From Saccostrea echinata (lineage: Eukaryota), in NCBI RefSeq assembly GCF_033153115.1, contig NW_026889762.1, forward strand, positions 5,724,496-5,788,495: a stretch of DNA of 64,000 nucleotides, written 5' to 3'. The notes beneath the pieces are model-generated. The model was not told where the DNA came from. It ran no database searches and saw only the letters and a list, made by a program, of their open reading frames with translations. The translations under genes and the position numbers were made by a program. Every line of letters begins with the position of its first letter. Position 1 is the first letter of the stretch. Shown piece by piece: positions 26,111 through 39,377 of this stretch.

Positions 26111-26589
26111 CCTATACTCTAGAGCTAATGTCTGTTAAAAACTGATGAAATGATGGAGAGCCAAGAAATGCACAAGAATTATACAGTCTGAAGATGTAGA
26201 TCAGTTTACTGTTTAAGGTTATTCCTAAAGACAGCAAAGCTTTTTGAAAAAGCTATACTTGATCGATGTTAAATATTCCACTGAGTCTGGCACATCATTT
26301 TCACATTTGGAAATTTTACTAGAAAAAGCCGTTAGTGATAACCTAAAAACAAAATTACAGGATAAACGTGATGATTTCAACTTTTCTATCGTCAACTCCC
26401 CCTATTCATGTAGCAGTATACCATTATTGCATACGAAATATAAAACGATCGTGGCAAGCTTTAGACAATTTGGTGAAACAAGAATATCTTCGGAAATACG
26501 ATGCCCTTGTCAGGAAATACAGTCTATCGGTAAGTCAAATGCTGAGTGACGTTTTTCATACAAAATGTTAGACCATTATTTTTCCCATT

Positions 26590-26730
26590 GAATTGTCTAC
26601 GGATTTTTCCGTTTTCCCGACCATGACAATGAGCACACGGCGGGTGTGACCGGTCTGCACGGGATGCTTACTCCTCCACTGCATTTGATCCCACCTAGCT
26701 ATGATGTTTTTAGAGGTCCGTGTTTGCTCT
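26590..26730 (-). mobile_element. SINE-like repeat copy, same family as 57730-57880
   Basis: 'ttttcccgaccatgacaatgagcacacggcgggtgtgaccggtctgcacgggatgcttactcctccactgcatttgatcccacctagc...gaggtccgtgtttgctctg' aligns with 57743-57880 ('ttttcccgtttctacgatcacgacaaggagatagcacgg...cccaagcacctagaccc...gatacgtgtttattctgctc'). Confidence 0.4.
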
Positions 26731-29199
26731 GATACAAATTTGTATTGTTTTAATGGATTTTTGAGCTTGATTACTGTTCGTTATCGTCATATTTCATAAG
26801 GCATCAAGAGTATCTAAGCAACACAAAATCACATACTAGTATATTGATTTGGAAATAGTCCAAAGATTTTCAAGCGCGTATCCAGAGGGGGAAATCCCAC
26901 TAGAATTTTCAGTTTATTGATTTCTTATAGTAAAGTAACCAAAATATGACACTGTGTGGCAACTCGGACTAATGGTAAAATGGTAAGGAGAGTCATATGA
27001 CGTATATGAAGGAAATTTAAGCGAGTTACCACCCCCCACCCCCCACCCTTCCCACTTTTAATGAAATAGTTTATAGTCCTAGTAAAAAATTCCTATACCA
27101 GCGCATGATTTTAGTCTATACAAATTATGGACAATGGGACTCTTGTTGGGTTAAATTTTCCACATAATACATGAGAAGGGGAAAAAATCTTTGAAAATTT
27201 TCCAGAGCAGGAAGGGCAATAAAGTCATATTGATATTCAGCATCGCAATGTTGTGTGACTTTGACTTTGAGTTCGGAACCATGAAAAAAGTCATAATCCC
27301 TTGGGGCAAGTGTAACAGGTTTTGATATGAAATAAAATATGAGCCTATTAGAGAGTTCTGGACAAGACTTTTATGTGCATGGATGTCAATCAAAACCTTG
27401 GAATATTAAAAATATGACAAATGTAAAGGAGGGATTCTTCTCATACTTCTTATTTATGAAAATTAATGAAATTTTCATAGATTCAAGAAGACAATATCAC
27501 GAAGTGATGGTATCAATTAATTAGATTAAATTTGATCTTTTTTTATTTTAGAAGCAAGGTCAAGGTCATTATCTTTATCCTTGACATTAAGAATTAAAAA
27601 AAAAATACTGTTGCCAGTCATGTGATGCCTACTTCTATTTCAAAACATTAAAATATTTTCTTTTGCATAAAAAGATATTAACATATAGGGTCTATCAGAT
27701 CATACTACCAGACTGACATACATGATGATATAATTAAAGTAGATATATTGGCTAATCCGAAATTCCTCTATTTTTCTTTAATTTTTCGGGAATGTTAGCT
27801 ATTATTATATGCTTCGTATATTGAAATTTTACTTATTTTCAAATATGGTAGAGTAGTGATATAAAGATACGAAATGATAAAAAAACAAAAAGTTTTGAGA
27901 GAGAAAAATAATTTTTACAGATTTTTGCTCCCATCTGTTCTAGATTAAAAGCTTTTAAAAGCTAACAAGATTGTAGTTTGTTTGGAGATTCAAATTGATT
28001 TGATATACATGTATTTTAAAACTTTAGTACATTGTTATTAATTTTAGATACTAGTACACTAGAAAATTCTTTAAATCTTTGATTAATGGTTAAAAAAAAC
28101 TATTTTCATTGTACTGTGGTAATTTTGATAAACAGAAAAGGAGATATTTTCATGCGCCGCCGTTCTGCCAAAAATATAGTCCCTATCAAATTTCAAACTC
28201 AGTTTACTATTTTTATTTAAAGTTGTAAAGTTATGAGTAGAAAAGAAAATAATTATGATCTTTTAAATTCCTTATATCTAAATATATAAGACATATAAGC
28301 CATTATACTTTGAATGTTTCATTTAGTCAGAAGCCAGACACTAATCCTTCCATAAACATTGAAATAATATACAATGGTGATTGTCAAGGGAGAAAATTCC
28401 TTATACATTGTACATATAATTCAATTATATATTTCTCAGCAATTAAAGAATAATAAATATCCTGTCACAAAAGCTTTACAATAATTATTATTATAAAATT
28501 TATGAACATATTGATTAGTGTTGGGGAAATACATTGTATATTACATATGCAAAATTGCAGATTTGACATTCAACAGATACATGCATATACAGGATATAAG
28601 AGTAAATATTAATATTAGTAATATTTATTTTTACTTACCAGAAGTTGAAGAAATACCAGTCTCAACAAAAGACTTTTGTTCAAAATTTCAAATATACAAT
28701 ACTGACCAATACTATACAATAGCTGACCAATTCCAACTCTGGACAAAGAATGTCCAGAAATCAAGAAACTTCTGGTTAACTTTTTTATTCCATGCAATTC
28801 CTAATACCACTTCAAGGATCAAGGATCGTGGTGAAGGGCTTGTGTGTTTCAATGACCCAGAGAGCTAAATGTATGCTAGCGGGAGCAAAAGCTTTTGGTA
28901 GGGATTCCCGGTGTGTTCCCATTTCGCCTTAACTGTGAAATATAGGTAAGAAAATGGTTCCCTTGTAAGACAGGAAATGGGTAGAGATAAGACAAAATGT
29001 GATTCACTGGTCCTCCAAGTTTGGGTTGGGCATAGGGCTGCATGACAACCCTATCCCGTAAATGATGTTACGGAAAGAAAAGCAACAGATAAAATTAATG
29101 TTTCAGCGTGCGACGGACCTTCTGAGTCAAGTGAAACTTTTATGAATGCTGGTGGCCAAAGACATGAGGATATTGGATAGTAGAGGACCTAAACACCAC

Positions 29200-29610
29200 C
29201 AAGTCTAGGACACTGGGATGTAAGAACGGTGTACAAGACAGGCAAGCTGGCAACAGGTAACATCAGAGATGAGGAGATTCAGAGTGAGTGGGAGTAGATG
29301 CACTGCTTTGGGAGGATGACAACGACCTGAAAACGTTTTCTACTGGCATAGATGACAACCAGCACCACGAGGGATCTTAGAGACTTAGATATCGATATGC
29401 ATCCACCAAAGAAGAGATGTTGGCTGTCATTAAGACTCTTAGGAACAAGTCACCAGGACAGGACAACCTTGATGCAGAACTGTTCAACGCGGACCCTGGG
29501 CCACCAGCCACCCATTCTACAACCGCAATGTTCACAGCTAAATGGTAGGGAGAGAAAATACGTGATGACTGTTCCAAAGGAATAATAGTAAAGGGGGGGG
29601 GGCACAATGA
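29200..29610 (+). pseudogene. Degraded non-LTR retrotransposon (RTE/CR1-like) fragment covering the N-terminal part of reverse transcriptase
   Basis: Across frameshifts and stops it reads ...PPKEEMLAVIKTLRNKSPGQDNLDAELFNADPGPPATHSTTAMFTAKW*GEKIRDDCSKGIIVKGG. This matches the conserved LINE RT block (...IKxLKNgKAPGxDxIxAELxK...LxxLFxxIWxxExIPxDWxKGIIVxIPKKG). Confidence 0.7.
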
Positions 29611-30399
29611 TTCCGCTCCTGGTGTTAAGAGAATACATTCGCTACTTTTCCTTGGAATGTTTTATTAAATGGATGTGATAGATTCAATGAAATTTAGATT
29701 AAAATGTGATTGAGAATGTATATTTATTACTTTTTCGTGATTTTATATACAAAATATCGTATATATATGCGCAGGTAACACTAAAGCAATGAATTTCCTA
29801 GTTATTTTATTTTCCTGTGTACATATAACCACAAAGTGGACTAGCTAGTCCGATTGGTAAGTTTTCCAGTATAATAAATTTCATTCATTTGTTTTACTTA
29901 CTTGATTACTTTATTTTTTAATTTAATTTTAATTTTTAAACCATGAAACAATCTTTAATATTGTCATTATTATTTCTTTCACAAGTCATGCACTTGTATG
30001 TACTTGTACATTCCACTTCATAAACTGATAAGCATGATAAGTACAGAAAAATTTATGTACTGTGAAGCTAATAGTTCGCTTTCCATTCCTCTGATTAGTC
30101 AAAGACCAGTTGTATCATGATGAAAAAAATCGTGATGTTTTGTCAAAATTCTTCAAGATGTGCTATACGAATTCAAATAGTTGGCACCCAAACACTGAAA
30201 TTCTCGAAACGTTTCGCGCCAAATTCATCCTACGACGGTTACGGAATCTGATGAAATTTATTTTCAGTATAGCTTGCATCTTTAAAAAAATACCTCTATT
30301 CAACTTTAATGTTCATTGCGTAATAATCTTTTTTTTAAATGCCGGCTTTTCTTATCGGCCAGTTTTTTTATCTTTCTTAATTCATTTATCACTGTTTTT

Positions 30400-30850
30400 T
30401 TTTTTTTGTTTGTATTCTATAATTTTCCATTTGTATTCTATAATTTTTCATTTGTATTGTATAATTTTTTTCATTTGTATTGTAAAACTTTTATTTGCAT
30501 TCTATAATTTTCCATTTCTATTCTATAATTTTTTCATTTGTATTGTTTAATTTTTCATTTGTTTTGTATAATTTTTATTTGTATTCTATAAATTTCCATT
30601 TGTATTGTACAATTTTACAATACAAATGGAAAAGTATACAATACAAATGAGAAATTATACAATATAAATGGAAAATTATACAATACAAATAGAATATTAT
30701 ACAATACAAATTTAAAATTATAGAATAGAAATAAAAATATACAAATGGAGAATTATTGAATATAAATAAATATTTACAATGCAAATGAAAAAAAGATAGG
30801 ATACAAATGGAAAATTTTACAATACAAATGAATTCAAAATACAAATGGAA
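30400..30850. repeat. Palindromic minisatellite: about 11 tandem copies of a ~20-bp unit (ttccatttgtattctataat), then the inverted array (attatagaatacaaatggaa), centred near 30618
   Basis: 30400-30615 repeats 'tttt(c)catttgtattgtataatttt'. 30620-30850 repeats 'tacaatacaaatggaaaattata'. The whole block can fold back on itself. The six-frame ORFs 30110..30550 and 30575..30997 over this block are artefacts. Confidence 0.85.
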
Positions 30851-32276
30851 AAAAAAATCGAATATTGCGACGTTTGACATGCCATAGTTCTTGACAGGCA
30901 AGCTTACACTTGTACTTCGTTCTACTTGGTATGGGGGCAAACAAACTCGACACCGTCTCTTATATATTGGAAACGAAAGAACAACACTAATCTTCATACC
31001 GAAAACGTTTGGATATACGAGTTGTCAACTAACCTCAAAAGTAAAGTTTATCTAATCGGTAAGTTGAATAAATATATCGTGATGTCTACATAATTGGATT
31101 AACGATATTAAAAGAATTGTTTGAATGTGGATCATTCCTCTAGATGACAATCCTACTAAGACGAACGCCATGCAAATGTTCTCATTTAACCCGAATTTAC
31201 TTTAATCAGGTCATAATCTCTCAACTAGCATTTTTGAATAGCTGAAGCTAATTTGCTTGTATTTCGAGCTTTAAAGCTAAATAAAGAGATTGTACCAGTC
31301 TTGTTTACCCAGAGGATATATTGATATCTTTTGACAAATTTTGATTTCAATAATATTTTATTTATTTTTCCGGTACCCAAATTTTCATCCTCACAATGTA
31401 AGGGTCCTGAGTCCGCTCATAGCTCACAGTACAGGTGGTCTTCAGCCATAAGTGAACTCTTGACGATCTTCTCACTCTATCCCCCCACTTTTATTCTTTT
31501 TTTTGGGGGGGGGGGGGTGGAATGGAGATTATCGGGACCCCTGACATTGTCATGATTGTGAGGATACTAAATTTTATGGTCAATAAAATTGAGCTAAAGT
31601 GTTGTAAAGAAGGGATACCTTTATTTATCGTAATGCCTACAGCGGATAACGTTATACATTTGATCAGAGATGTATACAATGGGAGTAAAAAGTTAAAACA
31701 ATGCCTGTCATGTTATGTACATGATTGTATGTCTCTGATTTGATGTTTATCAATAATCAGTATTCAGAGACCTGATTTAAAAAAAAAACAAAACAAAAAA
31801 AACAGTTTTTAATTGATGGCCTTGCTGTATCTTACCTCAGCTAAACTATTAAATGTAGAAAATTTAAAATGATACCAGGACCTACATGTATAATAGGTTA
31901 CACACCACTTAGTGTAGGCATACTTTTTCTGTGTGGGATTTAGACTGTGTACAAAATCACAATTTTTCTGCAGAAATTTGTCACAGAGTGCTTTAAGTAT
32001 GTTGAAGACATACATTGGCAATGAGAGAAATCCACATCATTTTCTACATGCGGATTAAACAGAAATTGATTCAGTGAAATTATGATCTTGTGGAAAAATG
32101 TACATATTTTACATTTTGTGAATTTTGCTACAGTGTCATATTATAAACAAAATTAGGAAACTTTATGTAAACATAACTTACTATAAAGCGAACTGCTAGA
32201 AAATTTTCTTACATAAAATCAGATATTTTTTTTATCAGGCTATATTAAGCCATTGAGCCTCTGTTCAAGCTGTATC

Positions 32277-32340
32277 ATGAAGTCACTCCGTAGAATTCAG
32301 AATTGTCTGCTACACATCAGAGGAACAAGGCAGACTCAAG
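32277..32340 (+). CDS. CLYBL: CLYBL exon 1 (MKSLRRIQNCLLHIRGTRQTQ; Arg-rich N-terminus, presequence-like)
   Basis: ATG at 32277 and donor 'caag|gtgaga'. Phase 1 out (g) joins 'tt' of exon 2 to give Val, exactly in frame with the conserved exon 2. Human CLYBL also begins with an Arg-rich mitochondrial presequence. Confidence 0.6.
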
Positions 32341-32982
32341 GTGAGAGTTTGGAACATTTTCCTGTATGAGATTTGTATTAGATTTATAACCAGTATATAA
32401 AAGTCAGCATTATTCATATAGGCCAGGACATTTTAATCAAATGTGAAATGTATTTTAAGGGCCATTTATTCACTGGATTATCTCCATATAAAGAAGTTGA
32501 CACTGGTTAGCTAGTGGATATAAGCTCACTTTCATTTTAATCTTCAAGCTAATCTTGACAAGCCAAGGGTTTTCAGTCAACTCTGCAGTTGCTCCCCCTA
32601 AAAAAACCCTTTGCTTATGAAAATGTGCTAACTCTGAAGCCAAATTCAATGTAAAAAAAGTAAATATTCATGACAAGCTTTAATACCTACATTATATAAT
32701 GAGGGGGTTTTAACATGTGAAGTGACCAAGGCTTTTTTTTTTTTTGAGATTCACTTTAAATTTACCCAAATGTCTTAGCTGTATTCCAAAAATGATCCAC
32801 CATCGTGCTGATCATGCCCCACAGGCATGTAAGGAATTGTTACTTTCAGGGCAATAAGTCTTAATGATTATTTAAATTCCAAAGTTTTGTTTTGAGGAGA
32901 GAATACTTATAAAATTTATTTACCTTTATAATGATATATATTAATTGATTATAAACCTTAATTTTGTTTATCATTTCCAAAG

Positions 32983-33152
32983 TTGCCAGAGTGTATGGAG
33001 GCCAAACAAATTCACAATCAAAGCCCTACACTCCCCGAAGGGCAGTGATGTATGTCCCGGGCAATGATCAGAAAAAAATTCAGAAAGTTACCTCCCTTGA
33101 TTTGGACTGTGCAGTTCTGGATTGTGAAGATGGTGTGGCAGCTAATAAAAAG
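32983..33152 (+). CDS. CLYBL: CLYBL exon 2 (ARVYGGQTNSQSKPYTPRRAVMYVPGNDQKKIQKVTSLDLDCAVLDCEDGVAANKK)
   Basis: Acceptor 'tttccaaag|tt' and donor 'aaaaag|gtaaaat'. Matches the human CLYBL segment YIPRRAVLYVPGNDEKKIKKIPSLNVDCAVLDCEDGVAANKK (recalled from memory). Confidence 0.9.
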
Positions 33153-33519
33153 GTAAAATAATAAAAGAGTAAAGTATGACACAATGACATTGATATCTGT
33201 GAACCAGAGTTGTCATTTTTTATTTCTCACTGACAGTTTGTTGTGAATGACAATGGTATGCCATGGAGATTATCCAAATTTTATTTTAGAAAATTGCAAT
33301 AGATCATTTATCTTAAAATGTATTTAAAGAAATTGTCATATAATATAACAATATGTAATTAATAAATATTTCAGTTTTTTATTCATAGGAAATAATAAAC
33401 CAGTCTTCATGCATCATTATGACTAATCAACTAATAATAGTATAAAACATGGAACAGTGAAATTTTTTTATTGTTAAGAATTGTGAATATATACACTTTT
33501 TGCTTTATTGTACAATTAG

Positions 33520-33708
33520 GAGGAAGCCCGTTCCACAATAAGAGAAGCCCTTGACCAGTACGACTTTGGCCGCACTGAGTGTATTGTGCGTGTGAACTCA
33601 GTCACCAGTGGACTAATGGAGGGGGACTTGGTTGAAGTACTGAAGGCAAAGAGAATGCCCCATGCCCTAATGCTGCCCAAAGTGGAGCGACCCCAGGACA
33701 TTGACATG
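33520..33708 (+). CDS. CLYBL: CLYBL exon 3 (EEARSTIREALDQYDFGRTECIVRVNSVTSGLMEGDLVEVLKAKRMPHALMLPKVERPQDIDM)
   Basis: Acceptor 'caattag|gag' and donor 'gacatg|gtacaa', phase 0/0. Conserved 'VRVNSV.SGL...D......LP..LMLPKVE.P..I' as in the HpcH/HpaI aldolase and citrate-lyase beta family. Confidence 0.9.
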
Positions 33709-34539
33709 GTACAAAGGTTCTGAATGTTTTCTGTTGATATTGAGTGAATTGACAATTTTGGGACAAATTAATACATTGTAGGTTATCCTACATACATGTA
33801 GATCATTCTTACATTAACAGTTCCTACTGGTATTCAGTATGTGATTTATATTTAGATATTAAATGTTTTGTACAAATTTATCAATACTTTAAATTTCCAG
33901 TAGTCAGTGGCATGTGTGTACATGTACTTGAGTTACACAGAAGCAATCTTAAAGGATGCTGTTCATTTCACATCAGATGATAGATCAAAGTGTTAGCATC
34001 AGAAAAGTCATAGCTTTTACAAAGTAGAGCAGTACATTTGATGAAGCATTTTCTGTCTTAATTTGGTTAGTGTCATGTATGCCAGTAACACCCAAAAGTC
34101 CAGTCTTCATTGAAATTGTCCTGAATTATAAGATTTAATTGATTATATTAAATAAAATGGTGTGAGATGCTCAATTTTGAGATGATGTGTTGTGATGAGT
34201 TATGTCCTCTTTGACCTCTGTGTTGCAGTATAAAATGTAACTTGTGAGACCAAATGTTTTTTTCTTACATACATGTATTTCAATTTCATTCTAATTTGTC
34301 ATTGTACCTGTAAGATTTCAGAAATATAAGCAATTTTATAGGATAATTTCCACCATCTTGCATTTTAGATTTAGCTAGTATGATAAATTCTCTGAGGAAT
34401 AGATATTTCGTAGACAGAATAATCTATTTCACAGACTGGAAAGCATTCTTCCTATTCAATCTCTAATTTAGGACAATAACTTTGGCAAGGATATAAACAT
34501 ACATGTAGCATTGCTGATAAATCCATTCACTTTTTTCAG

Positions 34540-34738
34540 TTCACCAAGCGACTGAAGGAAGCATTACAAGGGAGGTCACTCCAGACACGCCCCTTCCTGA
34601 TAACGTATGTAGAGAGCGCCATGGGGTTGATGAATCTGAGGGACGTATTTAAGAAGACCGTTGACCTCCAGCTGAAGGAACAACTGTACGTACTGGACGG
34701 TGTTGTCTTCGGATCTGATGATTATTGCGCAGATATCG
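34540..34738 (+). CDS. CLYBL: CLYBL exon 4 (FTKRLKEALQGRSLQTRPFLITYVESAMGLMNLRDVFKKTVDLQLKEQLYVLDGVVFGSDDYCADI-)
   Basis: Acceptor 'ttttttcag|ttc' and donor 'atcg|gtgagtt', phase 1 out. Conserved 'ETAMGL.N...V' and 'VFGGEDF.A.IG' motifs of CLYBL. Confidence 0.9.
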
Positions 34739-35194
34739 GTGAGTTTTATTCTGACATGAGACAAAATCTAAGAAAATTTTTTCAAACTTATTCCAAGTAA
34801 TAATTACTCAAAGAGGAATGGGTGCTTAATTAAATTTCCACTCTACAAAGGAAGACTACCCTACATCCACTTAGTTAAATGTGAACAAACCTTTGTGGGA
34901 GGGAAGGGTTCAATGTAAAGGACATATACTGGAAAGACCAAGCAACATACCAGGCATCATTGGAAAGGGTTCTGTTTTTTTTAATCAGTGGGAGCATTAG
35001 TTATTAATATTCAAGAATGATTTCATTACAATTGCAATTGATTTACTTTAATTACACTAAAAATTCAAACAGATTATTTTTGTGACTGTAAATTAAGAAA
35101 AAGTACATGCATAAGCACATATCAGTTTTAAGTATAATTTGATATTTATGCAATGAATTGGTCTTTAAAATTTCGTTTTTATTTCATATTTCAG

Positions 35195-35308
35195 GAGCCA
35201 CAAGAACAACTGATGCTAAGGAATTACTGTATGCCAGGCAGAAAATAGTCACATGTGCTAAAGCCTTCAAACTACAAGCCATTGACATGGTACATATTGA
35301 TTTAAAAG
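35195..35308 (+). CDS. CLYBL: CLYBL exon 5 (-GATRTTDAKELLYARQKIVTCAKAFKLQAIDMVHIDLK-)
   Basis: Acceptor 'atttcag|ga' and donor 'aaaag|gtctg'. Matches human SSKETLDILYARQKIVVIAKAFGLQAIDLVYIDFRDG. Confidence 0.9.
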
Positions 35309-36470
35309 GTCTGTTTTTGTATAATGCATGACACAACACTTCCATTTATAAGCTGTTATAGATCAAGAATTAAGGTTGCAGGATATTACACACTCTGGCA
35401 TTCATGAGATTTACATTTGACAGATTTTCACATGAAATGCAATTGGAAAGTGAAATTCACCTGACAGAATCTATTCACCTTTTGATCTCTTGAATAAATT
35501 TTTTTAAAATTTAATGAGAAATTTATTGTCCCCCACTTTTGCAAATGCAAGGGGCTATTATATCTCATTCTTCCATCTGTCCATCAGACAGTCTATCACA
35601 TTAACCTTGGTCATAATTGCTGAATGAGAAGAGATATGGCTTTTGTATATCATATGAGCATTAATTGTGACAAGACCTTTCCGAATAAAATGCAGTGTTT
35701 GACCTTGTCACCTCTACCTAGATGTTTCACCAACTTTTTTTCAAAAACTGTACATGTGCCTATGTTAATAACTTTTGAATGAGAAAAGATAGGCTTTTCA
35801 TATTTCAGATTTACATATGTATTGCCTGTATCAGGTCCTTTCTTAATTTATTCTAAATTTTGCCTCATGACCTTAAAGTCTTATCTACTTTTCTAAAATT
35901 TTAACACATGCATTGATAATAGCTTCTAAAATAAATGATAGAAGATTGGGATTTCATGTTCCAAATGTACATTACCTTAAAATTTGAAATCCACTTTTAA
36001 GTGGTAATTTTTATTCCTCGTGACCTTGACCTTCAAATTTTACTGTCTTTCTGTAAAAGAGAAAGGGCTTTCACATTTTTACAATTGATTTACCTGAAAG
36101 ACATATCCCCATATTAGTCCATGGTAATTTTTGGTCCCATGGCCTTGAAGTTTCACTTTTACATACATGTACTTTAAAAAATTCAATCTTGGCTCTAACT
36201 TTAGCAACTAAAGGGATAGGGCTTTCATATTAAAGTGCAATATGTCAAATCAATATGACCCAGAAAGGGGGAAGGGGGAACCACAATTCTCTGAATTTGT
36301 TTGTTTCAATTTTGAATGATTGATTTATATGATATACATTTGGCAGACTTTAAGATTAGGTGATTGAAAAGGATGGAAGGATTAAATATAATAAAGTATA
36401 ATAAACAGTCTGATTCTCTTACTTAAAAAAATGGATATGATAATAATATTTAGTTTCTTTAAATTAACAG

Positions 36471-36649
36471 ACTTAGAAGGAATTGAGAAGCAATCCCTGG
36501 AAGGAGCAAGGATGGGTTTCACAGGAAAGCAGGTCATTCACCCCTCCCATGTCCCCATTGTCCAGAGAGCCTTCTCCCCTACAGAAGATCAAGTGGCATG
36601 GGCCACAGAGCTTGTGGAGGCATTCAGTAAACATACAGAATCGGGAAAG
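36471..36649 (+). CDS. CLYBL: CLYBL exon 6 (-DLEGIEKQSLEGARMGFTGKQVIHPSHVPIVQRAFSPTEDQVAWATELVEAFSKHTESGK)
   Basis: Acceptor 'aaattaacag|ac' and donor 'ggaaag|gtaagg'. 'GFTGKQVIHP.Q' is the invariant family motif. Confidence 0.9.
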
Positions 36650-37308
36650 GTAAGGGTAGATCTACTGTGCATTCCTAAATATTTGCAAAGAGTTAATCAT
36701 CATATAATTTTCGGAGAAGCAGCACTTGCAAACTAAAATTACTCACTTTTATTTTTATGGCGTTTAATTTCACATAGTCTTTTAACCAACCGTTCACTGG
36801 CAAATCATTTTCACAAGTATATATGTGTAAGAGCCATTTTGTTATATTAATTACTCACATAAAAAAATGGAATCTATAGTTCTGTAAAAAATACAAAATC
36901 TATCACATGTAGTCTAGCTAATGGTGGGGGATTTATTATTGAGATGCAAAACTTGGAAATTTGTTGAAAAATATTTAATGCAGATAAAGAAATAGCTGAC
37001 ATTGAAGAAAAAAGGATTTTAATTATCATTGTTCATCAATAAACAGTAAACTGAGCACACATTGGCATTGTTTTATTGGTATGAAAAGAGTCTGATCACA
37101 CACACATAACTATTGATTTTTTTTTACAAAAACAAGACTTTAGTATAAATTAAAATATGTGGATTCTTACATAATAAAAAGGCTTTTTAGACAAAATACA
37201 GTGAATTCTGAGGAAATGTAATTTAATTGTTTATTGAAAGACCACAGACTCTGTATGTTTGTTTTTATGATCTTTAACAATACCTACAAAATGATTTTTT
37301 TTTTCCAG

Positions 37309-37410
37309 GGTGCTTTTACATTCAAAGGAAAGATGATAGACATGCCATCTGTCTTACAAGCAAAAAATATTTTACAACTATCAGCTAATATTGGATCAAA
37401 GGCACCCTGA
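37309..37410 (+). CDS. CLYBL: CLYBL terminal exon (GAFTFKGKMIDMPSVLQAKNILQLSANIGSKAP*)
   Basis: Acceptor 'tttttttccag|ggt' and stop TGA at 37408-37410. Matches the human C-terminus GAFTFQGSMIDMPLLKQAQN. Total CDS is 1017 nt (338 aa), close to human CLYBL at 340 aa. Confidence 0.9.
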   Translation, partial: GAFTFKGKMIDMPSVLQAKNILQLSANIGSKAP

Positions 37411-39377
37411 CACGTGATTAGTTTAAAAAGCTGTGACCTTTGATTAACCCTGAAGTACCAACTAACTGCTTTCAGATTGATTGTTCTCTGCCGTGATGCC
37501 CAGTTTACCATGAATGAAAAATTCAACAGTTTTCTTTAATCATCATTTGATTGGACAGGTCATCTTGCACATACATATTATTTTGTATGAACATATACAT
37601 ATAATTTGTATATGTTAGTTATGTAGCAGATCAGTTTTGAACGTTTCATAGATGTACAGTCAAACTTTATTACCCCAAACTTGATGTGGCCAAGAAAAAA
37701 AAACTTTAAAATATCCATGGACTCAAGATTTTGAGATAACAATACATTTTAAAAGTAGTTGGGAATTCAGAGTCACTTCAACATAAGTAATATCCATGGT
37801 ATTCAAGATACCATAGTTTGACAACAGAATGTCTGTTGTAACAAATGGTGAGATTATTATATGTCAGTCTTACATGTAAGTATTGATATTACTCAACCTT
37901 TTCTGTCTATCAGCAAGATTTCTTAAACACCCAGGTAGATGTTAAGGTGAACTATGTTTTAAAAAAAAACAATGCTCTGTTTGTGCATAATAATAGTCCA
38001 CATTTCAACATGGACAAAGAGAAGTTTTAGACAGAGACTTTGGTCATTGGGGTTGGTAGAGGTGTATACATGTAATATACTCAGCTGGTTCTGTATTGGA
38101 TTCTCTTATTTTACATGTACATAATTATATCCATATATAATACTCTGATGTTTGAAAGAAAATTTTTAGTCTTTTTCAAATTGATCAATTCTAAGGACAA
38201 GGAACATGAAAAAGAGAAGTACTTATTTTAAAAATGATTCTCTGAGTCTACTGACAAACATTTTACATGTGCTTAAAATTATTTAATAATGTTAGAGTAA
38301 AATCTTCCCTCCGTTTTTTGATGCATATTCAAATATTTCTTCAGTTCTGGGTGGTATACCAAACAATTGTTGACAGATACATATATATAGCATATGTACT
38401 TTATGGCTATGAATTGTGAAGAATTCTTTTTCTCTAGTGCTAGAAATTATAAATCGCTATTGTTAAGATATCCTAAATATGGCAACAATGTCTGTTAAAG
38501 TGTATTATGAACATGTTTATAATGTATACATGTATTAAACATTCTGTTTTGTAATGGACATGTATGTACTCGATGTACAGTGTATGCCTTCATTGATCCA
38601 CTGATATGTACATACATGTATTACTATAATGAAGTTTCAAAAACCGTATTAAGGGCTTTTTGGACTCTTTCTTGTGGATAAGTCTCTTTAGAACACAGAT
38701 AAAACCATGTACTTGTTTAAATGAGTGATAGCATAGGAAAAGGTCAAACAAGGCCCAAGAATGTATTCAATTTTATTTTTGTTGATTTTTTAACTGATAT
38801 TATTTACATCAATTTTAATGAACATCATACATATTTTATACAAAAATCATAGATTGTTTATGTACTTTCTATGTTTTCTAAAACAAACAAAAAATCATTG
38901 AAATTCTTCAGAAATGAAGACAGTTGTAATACTAACCTTCTTGTGACCTCTGTGTATTCTGAAGAACAAATGATCTAGACATCATTCATTGTTTTATGAT
39001 TATTAACTAAAAACAAAATCATGCTTTACTATTTATGTCAGATAAGGACCTAAAATTGGTTCTTTTACCCTTTTCTCCTCTTCCTTTTGTACAGTGCTAC
39101 ATGTAACATTAATCATTTCTATGATTTTGATGTATGATGGAAAATGGTTCTGAAATACTTGCAAATATAAGAGGGAAAGGTAAATATGCATTGACTTAGT
39201 TGTCTATTTACATACTGTTTAGTTTTCTGAGAAAAACTATGTTGCAACAAATGAAATGTTTAAAAAAAGAGAATACGATTAAAGAAAAAATAAACACCAT
39301 TGAACATTCAAAACCCTACATTTGCCCAGTTTTTGAAGATTTTTTTTTTAATTTCTTTACAATACACTATATATTCA

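Noticed and set aside
28518-28868. 116-aa plus ORF
   Set aside because: It is AT-rich with overlapping antisense ORFs of similar length. There is no domain signal.
30110-30997. ORFs 30110..30550 (+) and 30575..30997 (-)
   Set aside because: Both are read across the palindromic 20-bp minisatellite. The peptides are repetitive (FHLYSIIFHLY...). They are not coding.
33516-33755. 79-aa minus ORF
   Set aside because: Antisense to CLYBL exon 3, which is strongly supported on the + strand.
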